NCBI GenBank assembly: GCA_963835625.1
Contig: CAWIGO010000011.1
Location: 2,174 to 66,173 of the forward strand
DNA: 64,000 nt
Reading direction: 5' to 3'
Origin: an uncultured Verrucomicrobiae bacterium
GTDB taxonomy: Bacteria; Verrucomicrobiota; Verrucomicrobiia; Limisphaerales; UBA11358
The position numbers and the translations under genes are program-made. Below, one piece after another: positions 19,530-27,431 of the stretch. The notes under the pieces were generated by a model. It ran no database searches and was not told the origin of the DNA. It worked only from the letters and a program-made list of their open reading frames with translations. How positions within the stretch are numbered: the first letter of the stretch is position 1; the number at the start of each line of letters is the position of its first letter.

Positions 19530-19902
19530 CCGGCACGAGCGTCTGCTGAATCTGTTCCGCCGTCGCCTTGCCGCCGTAGCTGTTCAAAACCAATTTGATC
19601 AAATCGAGGTGATGCGCGGCCATTTGGCGCAGACTTTCAAGGTCGTTGGCCTTGCGCGCCAGAACGTGATCCTTGGGGATTGGCTTCAGGGTTTCGGCGG
19701 CAAAACCCAAATCCATCGTGTGTCCCGGTTTGCCTGGAAAATCAATGGTGAACCGCGCAAACACCGCATCCACCGTTTTGATGCGCCCGAAGCCCCAACT
19801 GCGATGCGTGCAACAGCCGCTTTCCGCCAGCAACGTCAGCGGTTCCACGTGCCGCCCTTCGATTTTTCCCGCTGCCGCCAGTTTTTCAAATTCTTCCCTC
19901 AT
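19324..19902 (-). CDS. greA: N-terminal portion of the long-form GreA (CarD/TRCF-like RNAP-interaction-type domain), truncated by a frameshift
   Basis: The first ~135 aa look native (WGFGRIKTVDAVFARFTIDFPGKPGHTMD..., DDWKKWWETA). The tail after about 19490 is Arg/Gly-rich out-of-frame-looking sequence overlapping the next ORF by 206 nt. Confidence 0.7.
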   Translation of the reverse strand: MREEFEKLAAAGKIEGRHVEPLTLLAESGCCTHRSWGFGRIKTVDAVFARFTIDFPGKPGHTMDLGFAAETLKPIPKDHVLARKANDLESLRQMAAHHLDLIKLVLNSYGGKATAEQIQQTLVPDVIRDDWKKWWETARARNEKGRPFHRADEKNGAGRFSGAGNVASGPFARGFPRGERFESARGGCRRNA

Positions 19903-19936
19903 AAAAAAATCGTATTCCTCTCGTCACAAATTCACA

Positions 19937-21253
19937 ATGGCTCCATTAAACGTGGTGAACGAACAAAAACCAAGACAAATTGCGGCGCGGGTTTTGCAGC
20001 AGCGGTGCGCCAGCGGCGAATTTATTGAAGATTTGCTCGAAATCGCGCTGCAGGGCGCGCAACTTTCGCCCGCTGACCGCGCCCTTTGTCTGGAAATTGT
20101 CTATGGTGTTGTGCGCTGGCAGGCCACGCTCGACTGGCTCATCGCCCGGAAAACGAACGGACGCGAACAAAAATCCGGCCTGCAAAATTTGCTGCGCCTC
20201 GGCCTTTACCAAATTTTCTGGCTCGACCGGATTCCCAACCACGCCGCCGTCCATGAAACCGTTGAACTCGCCAAGCACAACGGGTTTGGCGCGCAAGCCG
20301 GTTTCGTGAACGCCATTCTGCGCGGCTATTTGCGCGAAGCCGACGAAACAGAAAAACTTCTGGCCGAACTCAAAACGACGCAGCCTGCGATTGGCTGGTC
20401 GCATCCCGAATGGCTTGTTGCGCGGTGGCAAAGGCGCTGGGGCGCGGAGCGGACCGCGCAGTTGATGAAATGGAACAACACGCCGCCGAAAACTTTTGCG
20501 CGCGTTAACACGTTGAAAATAGACGCGGGCAGACTGCTCGGGAAATGGCGTGATGAAAATGTCGAATACGATTTCGTCCGGCGCGAGCAGCTTGAAGAAA
20601 ATCTGGTTTTTGAACTGAAATCGTATCCGCCACTATCATCGCTGGCGAGTTTTCGCGACGGCTGGTTTTACATTCAAGACCCCGGCACGCTGCTCGCCGT
20701 TTGCAAACTTGGACCGCAGCCCGGCGAAACGGTTCTGGATTTTTGCGCCGCGCCCGGCGGCAAAACGACCTTCATCGCACAATTGATGAACAACCAGGGT
20801 CGCATCGTCGCGCAGGACATTTCCACTGAACGGTTGAAACTGGTCCAGAAGAATTGTGCGCGGCTGGGAGTGACTTGCGTGGAAACCGTTTTACCCTCAA
20901 CCCTCAACTCTCAACCCTCAACCGGCTTTGACAGGGTTCTGGTGGATGCTCCCTGCTCGAACACCGGCGTGATGCGCCGCCGCGTGGATTTGCGCTGGCG
21001 AATTCAGCCTGAAGAAATTGAACGCCTTCGCGCAGCGCAACTTGCTTTATTCGAGCAGGTTGTGTCTAGATTGAAACCCGGCGGCGTTTTGGTTTACAGC
21101 ACGTGCAGTCTGGAACCGGAGGAAAATCAGGAAGTCGTAAAAGAATTTTTAAGCGGGCACAAGGAATTCAAACTGGAATTCGAGTGCGAGCTTTTGCCAT
21201 TCGTGGACAACGTGGACGGCGCGTATGTGGCGCGGCTAATTCAAAATACCTGA
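19937..21253 (+). CDS. rsmB: 16S rRNA (cytosine967-C5)-methyltransferase RsmB
   Basis: NusB-like N-domain. SAM motifs VLDFCAAPGGKT and DRVLVDAPCSNTGV, catalytic TCS. Start at ATG 19937, because the ORF extension to 19673 is antisense to greA. Confidence 0.92.
   Translation: MAPLNVVNEQKPRQIAARVLQQRCASGEFIEDLLEIALQGAQLSPADRALCLEIVYGVVRWQATLDWLIARKTNGREQKSGLQNLLRLGLYQIFWLDRIPNHAAVHETVELAKHNGFGAQAGFVNAILRGYLREADETEKLLAELKTTQPAIGWSHPEWLVARWQRRWGAERTAQLMKWNNTPPKTFARVNTLKIDAGRLLGKWRDENVEYDFVRREQLEENLVFELKSYPPLSSLASFRDGWFYIQDPGTLLAVCKLGPQPGETVLDFCAAPGGKTTFIAQLMNNQGRIVAQDISTERLKLVQKNCARLGVTCVETVLPSTLNSQPSTGFDRVLVDAPCSNTGVMRRRVDLRWRIQPEEIERLRAAQLALFEQVVSRLKPGGVLVYSTCSLEPEENQEVVKEFLSGHKEFKLEFECELLPFVDNVDGAYVARLIQNT
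20896..20923. repeat. Heptanucleotide tandem array (CTCAACY)x4 inside rsmB
   Basis: CTCAACC CTCAACT CTCAACC CTCAACC, read directly. Encodes PSTLNSQPST in the loop before the DRVLVDAPC motif. Confidence 0.85.
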
Positions 21254-21403
21254 ACTGACGGCGGGCCATTTTCCACTTGATTAGCAAAATTAAAACGAGA
21301 TTCTTCGCTGAACGATGCCTTTCAGCAAATTCACAATTAAAAAAGCCATCAAAGACATTCGTAGAAGAGCCACCAGCCTTGTCTTGTTGGCGATCCCGAC
21401 ATT

Positions 21404-21700
21404 CTATTTGAATTTATGTCCGCACTTCTCGCAGATGAAAAGACCGGATTGGTAAACCTTCACAATAATCGACAGCACCAATCCTACGCCCACCGCAATC
21501 ATGAGAGGGATGGAAAGCGCAAAGATTGCGACTCCTGTTGCAAGTCCGAAAAGAAGTACAAGTCCAGGAGCAAGGATCAAAATGATGATGAACAGCAGAC
21601 ACCCCACACAACCACTGCCTCCTCCTGACTTCTTGTTTTTCTGCCACTGTAGATATTTCGTGATTCGGTCAGAACCGCATTTTGGACACCTGTCTAGCAT
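21404..21700 (-). CDS. Small membrane protein with split zinc-ribbon (CPxCG ... two to three TM helices ... CxxCG)
   Basis: 98 aa with strong SD (AAGGAG) 7 nt upstream. N-terminal CPKCG and C-terminal CEKCG knuckles flank hydrophobic helices. Lies in a locally AT-rich island. Confidence 0.6.
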   Translation of the reverse strand: MLDRCPKCGSDRITKYLQWQKNKKSGGGSGCVGCLLFIIILILAPGLVLLFGLATGVAIFALSIPLMIAVGVGLVLSIIVKVYQSGLFICEKCGHKFK

Positions 21701-21736
21701 TTCGTATCTCCTTTCCTGTTTGCCACCGAACTATGA

Positions 21737-21760
21737 TTATACGACCGCCGGTTCGTGTAT
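21737..21760. promoter_or_regulatory. Imperfect palindrome TATACGACC-GCC-GGTTCGTGTAT in a divergent intergenic region
   Basis: Related to the perfect palindrome 66 nt downstream. Operator-like position between two divergent hypothetical genes. Confidence 0.3.
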
Positions 21761-21825
21761 TGGATTTGATCTCCGGCAACCCTCAAATTTCGCAACTCGC
21801 TCATAATCAAACAATCTAAGTTCTG

Positions 21826-21848
21826 ATATACGACGGCCAGTCGTATAT
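21826..21848. promoter_or_regulatory. Perfect 9-bp inverted repeat ATATACGAC-GGCCA-GTCGTATAT (candidate operator)
   Basis: Read directly. Located between divergent genes 21404..21700 and 21965..22513. Confidence 0.35.
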
Positions 21849-21964
21849 TGAAATGCAAAAATCCTCTATGTTTTCTAACACCGCGCTGGAGCCAACCCTA
21901 GCAGTGAAGATAGGTAAAAAGCTTTTGCGTTGCGCAATTCGCAAGCCAGTGATAAAAGAATACC

Positions 21965-22513
21965 ATGACAGAAAAAATTGCACGCTTCTTGTGCTGGCCA
22001 TTCAAACCCACGCCATTTCGGGTCAAATTTTTCATAATAACCGACATTTTGCTTCTAATCATTTTAGTCACCGTTTGGCTTTTTGCCTTTGAGAAAATTT
22101 CGCAGAATCACCGCTTCCAAGCTGCACACAATGCAATTTTTAGCGTGTTAGAGCAAAAAGCATCAGCTGAAGCCAATGCAACTGTTATTCTTAATCCGCA
22201 AAGCAAAAAACCAATTAAAACATTCGCGTGGGCGAGATACATCCCTGCAATTGGAAAAATTGATTATTCAAAATGTCCTAAAGATTTTCAGTTGGCTTGG
22301 CTTGAGTATTTACAATCATGGGAAGCCTATCAGCTAACCATTCGTTCGGAACATCCACTGCTTTCTCTCGCGGAATTGGCTAAGTTTGATGCGAGCGGCG
22401 CAAAACACGATTCTGAAAAAGTGCAAGATGCTCTTTTAGTAAAACAGCAAGCTTGGTTTAATTGTCAGCGCGTTGCAGTGCGTTACGGATTTTTCTTTAC
22501 CAATTCGCCGTAG
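21965..22513 (+). CDS. Hypothetical membrane-anchored protein (single N-terminal TM helix)
   Basis: 182-aa ORF in the AT-rich island. TM segment FFIITDILLLIILVTVWLFAF. No recognisable domain. Confidence 0.5.
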   Translation: MTEKIARFLCWPFKPTPFRVKFFIITDILLLIILVTVWLFAFEKISQNHRFQAAHNAIFSVLEQKASAEANATVILNPQSKKPIKTFAWARYIPAIGKIDYSKCPKDFQLAWLEYLQSWEAYQLTIRSEHPLLSLAELAKFDASGAKHDSEKVQDALLVKQQAWFNCQRVAVRYGFFFTNSP

Positions 22514-22538
22514 GTCTCATACGAGGAATGGACAACTG

Positions 22539-23309
22539 TTACACCCCCATAATCTGGTAGCCGCAGTCCACGTAAATTGTCTGACCGGTGATGGCTGCCG
22601 CGCCGTCGCTGGCAAGAAATAAGCCCATTGCGCCGAGTTCCTCCGGCAGAACATTTCGTTTGAGCGGCGTATGGGCCTTGTAATGTTTCAACATTTCACT
22701 AAAACCGCTGATGCCGCGCGCAGCCAGTGTGTTGACCGGCCCGGCGCTGATGCAATTCACGCGGATTTTTTTGGGGCCCAGGTCGTAGGCCAGATAGCGC
22801 GTGCTGGCTTCGAGCGCAGCCTTCGCGACGCCCATGACGTTGTAGTGAGGCACGACTTTTTCCGCGCCGTAATAGCTCATCGCCACGATACTGCCGCCGT
22901 CGGTCATCAACGGCGCCGCGGCGCGTGACAACGCCACCAGCGAATAGGCGCTCACGTCGTGCGCGATGTGAAACGCCTCGCGGCTGGTATGGATGAATTT
23001 TCCTTGAAGCGCGTCCCTGGGCGCGAATGCAACGGAGTGCAGCATCAAGTGGAGTTTGCCGGATTTTTCGCCGACGATCTTGAAAACGTTCGCGATTTCG
23101 TCGTCTTTTGTCACGTCGCACGGCAGGATGAGCGTGTCGGCGCCAAACGCGGCGGCGAGTTCGCCGACGATCTCCCTGACGCGCTCGCCTTGATATGTGA
23201 ACGCCAGCTTCGCCCCTTCGCGTGCCCACGCCTGCGCGATGGCCCAGGCGATGGAACGTTGGTTGGCGACGCCAAAAACAATTCCAAATTTTCCAGCGAG
23301 CAATGACAT
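22539..23309 (-). CDS. fabI: Enoyl-[acyl-carrier-protein] reductase (NADH) FabI
   Basis: 256 aa with GVANQRSIAW N-terminus and SDR Tyr/Lys catalytic pattern. Confidence 0.93.
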   Translation of the reverse strand: MSLLAGKFGIVFGVANQRSIAWAIAQAWAREGAKLAFTYQGERVREIVGELAAAFGADTLILPCDVTKDDEIANVFKIVGEKSGKLHLMLHSVAFAPRDALQGKFIHTSREAFHIAHDVSAYSLVALSRAAAPLMTDGGSIVAMSYYGAEKVVPHYNVMGVAKAALEASTRYLAYDLGPKKIRVNCISAGPVNTLAARGISGFSEMLKHYKAHTPLKRNVLPEELGAMGLFLASDGAAAITGQTIYVDCGYQIMGV

Positions 23310-23432
23310 AATCCAAAATTGTTAAGTCGTCATACGGTTGGAATGTTAAAATGCAGCCTCGGCGGTGCGCAAAGCAAATCGCCAGGCGTCCAGCCTCGAC
23401 TCACCTTGGCGCGGGAGTTAAGTTAAACGCAC

Positions 23433-24083
23433 ATGGATGTAAATTGGATTATTGAGGGCTTGATCAGTTACTTGGGGCTGATCGTGCTGCTGACGTTTCA
23501 CGAATTTGGCCATGCGTGGACGGCGTTGAAATGCGGTGACGACACGGCGCGATTACAAGGCCGTTGCTCGCTCAATCCCATCGTGCACATTGACCCGATT
23601 GGCACGGTTGTGCTGCCGCTGATGATGATTTTTCTCCCATTCGGCGTCGGTCGGTTCATGATTGGCTGGGCAAAACCGGTGCCGGTGAACGTATATAATT
23701 TGCGGAACGGCCGTTGGGACGACATTCTGGTTTCAATGGCCGGCCCGGCGATGAATTTGCTGCTGGCCGTCGGTCTTGTGGCATTGGCGCGGATCGCATT
23801 ACTGTTTGGCTCTGGTGTCGCGATAAATTTATTTCTGCAAATGGCGTCGTTAAGTTTGCTGCTCTGCTTTTTCAATCTCATTCCGATTCCGCCGCTCGAC
23901 GGCTCGCACGTGCTGCGGAATTTAATCGGCATGAGCCACGAAACCTACTGGCAATTGTCGCGCTACGGCTTCATCGCTGTCATTGTCGTGGTGAACATTC
24001 CACCTGTGCAACAGGCGTTGAGCACCGTTACGTTCGGCACTTTGTCCGGCCTGGCTTTGTGTTTCGGTTTCCCAGCGCAGTAA
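23433..24083 (+). CDS. Site-2 protease family (peptidase M50) membrane metalloprotease
   Basis: HEFGHAW zinc motif in TM1 and the NLIPIPPLDGSH motif. Confidence 0.85.
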   Translation: MDVNWIIEGLISYLGLIVLLTFHEFGHAWTALKCGDDTARLQGRCSLNPIVHIDPIGTVVLPLMMIFLPFGVGRFMIGWAKPVPVNVYNLRNGRWDDILVSMAGPAMNLLLAVGLVALARIALLFGSGVAINLFLQMASLSLLLCFFNLIPIPPLDGSHVLRNLIGMSHETYWQLSRYGFIAVIVVVNIPPVQQALSTVTFGTLSGLALCFGFPAQ

Positions 24084-24090
24084 ATTTCAA

Positions 24091-25989
24091 ATGGAAAATC
24101 CAGATTTTTTCCCCGCCGATTTTGAACTGCCCGTGGAGGGTTTCACCGGCACACCGGCTGAAATCGAACACCAATGGTTCGAGAAGGTTTATCGGGGCCG
24201 CGGTGATTCCATGCGCCAGCTCACGTGGCGCGCGGTGCTCATGGGCTCCGCGCTGGGCGGCATTCTTTCACTCACCAATCTCTATATCGGGTTGAAAGCG
24301 GGCTGGAGCATGGGCGTGGCCATCACCTCGTGTATTTTGTCTTACGCCATCTGGACGGCCTTCGTCAAAATCCGCCTTGCCAAAACACCGATGACCATCC
24401 TCGAAAACAACTGCATGCAGTCCACCGCCAGTTCGGCGGGCATGTCAACCGGCGGCACGCTCGTCTCCGCTTTTGCCGCGTTCATTATATTGAACGGCCA
24501 TGCGCTCTCACTCCCGCTCACGCTCGCGTGGGTTTTCTTTCTCGCGATTCTTGGTGTGACCATGGCTATACCGATGAAAAAACAGATGATCAACATCGAG
24601 CAACTCCGTTTTCCCAGCGGCGTGGCGGCGGCGGAAACCTTGCGCGCGCTCCACTCGCACGGCGCCAAAGGAATGCGCGCAGCCAAGGCGCTCGGCATCG
24701 CTGGAGTCCTCGCGGCGCTGGATAATTTCTGGCATGACGGCTTCGCGGCCGTCGCGCGGCTCGCGCCCTTTTCCAGCGACACATTGGTCGCCAAATTTAA
24801 TGAGATCGTTTTTGGTCCGACTTGGATAGGCCGGACCGTGATGTTCAGCTGGGAACCGATTTTCATCGCTTCCGGGGCAATCATGGGGATGCGTGTTTGC
24901 ATCAGCATCCTCATCGGCAGCATCGTGTGCTGGATGGGTTTTGTTCCAGCCCTGCAACACACCGGCCTTATTACCGGCTCCGGTTTCCGTGAGTGTGTGC
25001 AATGGGCGCTCTGGCCGGGCGTATCGTGCATGGTTTTTGCCAGCCTGCTGAATTTTATCCTGCAATGGCGGATTTCGCTCCGGGCATTTCTTGATCTCGC
25101 CAAAATGTTTTCGCAAAAATCAAAATTTCCCGGCGAAATGGAGGCCATCGAAACGCCGATGTCCTGGTTCGCCGCCGGACAAATTGTTTCGCTCGTCGCG
25201 CTGGCCTTGCTGGCACATGTGTCGTTCGGGATGCCGTATTGGCAAAGCGCCTTCGCCGTTGTGCTGTCATTTGCGCTCGCGCTCGTAGCCTGCCGTATCA
25301 CCGGCGAAACCGACACCACGCCCATCGGCCCGCTGGGCAAGGTCACCCAGCTCATCTTCGGCGCGCTCGATCCCGGCAACATGAACGTGAACCTGATGAG
25401 CGCGAATATCACCGCAGGCGCCGCCGGCTCCTCCGCCGACCTGCTGACCGATTTAAAAAGCGGCTACCTGCTCGGCGCGCATCCGCGCAAACAATTCATC
25501 GCGCAATTCGCCGGCATTTTCATCGGCACCGTCGTCAGCGTTCTGGCGTTCACGCTCATCGTTGACAAACCTGAAGTCATCGGCTCGGATCAATTCCCCG
25601 CGCCCGCCGCGCAAACCTGGGCCGCCGTTGCCCTGGCTTTGAGCAAGGGTTTCGAAGCGCTCGCCCCGGTGAAAATCTGGAGCATCGTCATCGGTGGCGC
25701 GGTGGGAATCGTATTTGCCATCCTGCCGGTGATTTTTCCCAAACAGGAGAAATATCTGCCGTCCGCATCCGGTTTCGGATTGGCATGGATTTTTCAGTGG
25801 TATTACGGCGTGCTGTTTTTCATGGGCGCGGTCATCGCCTATGGGTTCCATAAAAAATCACCGGCCAAGGCGAAGGAATTCACATTTCCCATCGCATCCG
25901 GCGTGATGGCTGGCGGCGCGTTGATGGGCGTGGCGATCATTTTCTGGCAGAACGGCGGCGAGATGTTCCAAAAGTTCTTCGGCCACTGA
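24091..25989 (+). CDS. OPT family oligopeptide transporter
   Basis: 632-aa polytopic protein with OPT-type motifs (LTWRAVLMG, FPSGVAAAE, TGETDTTPIG). Confidence 0.85.
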   Translation: MENPDFFPADFELPVEGFTGTPAEIEHQWFEKVYRGRGDSMRQLTWRAVLMGSALGGILSLTNLYIGLKAGWSMGVAITSCILSYAIWTAFVKIRLAKTPMTILENNCMQSTASSAGMSTGGTLVSAFAAFIILNGHALSLPLTLAWVFFLAILGVTMAIPMKKQMINIEQLRFPSGVAAAETLRALHSHGAKGMRAAKALGIAGVLAALDNFWHDGFAAVARLAPFSSDTLVAKFNEIVFGPTWIGRTVMFSWEPIFIASGAIMGMRVCISILIGSIVCWMGFVPALQHTGLITGSGFRECVQWALWPGVSCMVFASLLNFILQWRISLRAFLDLAKMFSQKSKFPGEMEAIETPMSWFAAGQIVSLVALALLAHVSFGMPYWQSAFAVVLSFALALVACRITGETDTTPIGPLGKVTQLIFGALDPGNMNVNLMSANITAGAAGSSADLLTDLKSGYLLGAHPRKQFIAQFAGIFIGTVVSVLAFTLIVDKPEVIGSDQFPAPAAQTWAAVALALSKGFEALAPVKIWSIVIGGAVGIVFAILPVIFPKQEKYLPSASGFGLAWIFQWYYGVLFFMGAVIAYGFHKKSPAKAKEFTFPIASGVMAGGALMGVAIIFWQNGGEMFQKFFGH

Positions 25990-25991
25990 AA

Positions 25992-27431
25992 CTATTTCCC
26001 GCGAGCCGCCGCCTCATCGCGATAGTTGTAAAATGCGGTCGCCACGCTGAACAAAATCGCCACTCCAAAGGTCACGCCGGCGTAAAGTAAAAAGCGGTTC
26101 GTGCTGACCGACGCGGCGTGGTCACTGGCACTGGCAAACAGCTTGGTCACCGCCACAACGAGCAAGTCGCCAAAGGCGATGGTCAGAAACCAAAAACTCA
26201 TGATGATGCTCTTCATTTCCGGCGCGGCTTCGCGGAAGGCGAATTCCAAGCCGGTCGTTGAAACCAAAACCTCGGCGGCGGTCAAAATGAGATACGGCAC
26301 GGTCTGCCATAGCACGCTGAGTTGAGCGCCGGTTTCGAGGCGTGCCTGAAGCAGCGCCACGACCAGGAACGATGCTGCTCCCAGAAACATTCCGTAGGAC
26401 ATCCGCCGCAGCGGCGACGCAAACCGGCCGATGCGCGGATAGATCCACAGCGTGAACAGCGGCACGAGAATCATCACAATCAGCGGATTCATGGATTGCA
26501 TCTGCTCCGCGCCGATGTCCAGGCTGAAGAATGTTCCCGGCATCAATTTTACCGGCACCATTTTTTCGCCCTGTAACACCCATGTCGAGTTCATCTGGTC
26601 GAACAGCGACCAGAACGGCGTGATGAACGCGAAGACGAACAGGATCGGCAGGACGGATTTCGCCGCGTCAATTTCCGTTTCATTGAACCGGTCCCGTGCG
26701 GCGTCCCAAAATGGATGCCCCGGCGTGCGTTTGGCGGTGAATGCGTGCCAGAACACTTTGAAGAATCCAGCACTTTTCGTTTCGCGGCTTGGCGGCACAC
26801 GGACGTAATGTTTCGTGCCCAGCCAGAAAATAAACGTCGCAATGGCCATAAAAATTCCCGGCACACCGAACGCGAAGCTGTAACCGTGGCGATCCTTGAT
26901 CCACGGAATCACAAGGAACGAAAAGAACGAGCCGAGATTGATGGCCCAATAAAACGCGCCATAGGCCTTTTGCAGCAGGTGCGACTGTTCCGGCTTGAAC
27001 TGGTCGCCCACGAACGCCGACACGCACGGCTTGATGCCGCCGGAACCGAACGCGATCAACGCCAGTCCTGCGTAAAGAAACAGCAGCCGTCCGTGAGCAT
27101 CGCTGGCCAGGCCGCTGCACGCCAGCACGCCGTGTCCGGCGCAGTAAAACAGCGACACCCAGAGAATCGTGTGGTAACGGCCGATGATTTTGTCCGACAG
27201 CCACGCACCGAGCAGCGGCATGAAATAATTGGCAAAGACAAAGGTATGGATGATTTCCGTGGCGGAGTCGGCGTTCTGCCCGAGACCGCCCTTGAGCGCT
27301 TCACCGGTGAGATAGCCGGCCAGAACGCTTCGCATGCCATAGTAACTAAAGCGTTCACAGGCCTCGTTCCCGACAATGAATTTGATCTGGCGTGGCCAGC
27401 GTTCTACGGCGGATTTTGCCGGTGAACTCAT
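25992..27431 (-). CDS. POT/PTR2 family proton-dependent peptide transporter (MFS)
   Basis: ERFSYYGMRS and FYWAINLGSF signatures. The start overlaps the stop of the upstream peptidase. Confidence 0.9.
   Translation of the reverse strand: MSSPAKSAVERWPRQIKFIVGNEACERFSYYGMRSVLAGYLTGEALKGGLGQNADSATEIIHTFVFANYFMPLLGAWLSDKIIGRYHTILWVSLFYCAGHGVLACSGLASDAHGRLLFLYAGLALIAFGSGGIKPCVSAFVGDQFKPEQSHLLQKAYGAFYWAINLGSFFSFLVIPWIKDRHGYSFAFGVPGIFMAIATFIFWLGTKHYVRVPPSRETKSAGFFKVFWHAFTAKRTPGHPFWDAARDRFNETEIDAAKSVLPILFVFAFITPFWSLFDQMNSTWVLQGEKMVPVKLMPGTFFSLDIGAEQMQSMNPLIVMILVPLFTLWIYPRIGRFASPLRRMSYGMFLGAASFLVVALLQARLETGAQLSVLWQTVPYLILTAAEVLVSTTGLEFAFREAAPEMKSIIMSFWFLTIAFGDLLVVAVTKLFASASDHAASVSTNRFLLYAGVTFGVAILFSVATAFYNYRDEAAARGK

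Noticed and set aside
19673-19936. N-terminal 88-codon extension of the rsmB ORF
   Set aside because: The extension is antisense to the greA N-terminal region and has no RsmB similarity. The NusB-like domain begins right after the Met at 19937.
21315-21455. 46-codon ORF (MPFSKFTIKKAIKDIRRRATSLVLLAIPTFYLN...) downstream of rsmB in the AT-rich island
   Set aside because: It is short, overlaps the 3-prime end of the better-supported zinc-ribbon gene on the opposite strand, and has no start-site or homology support.
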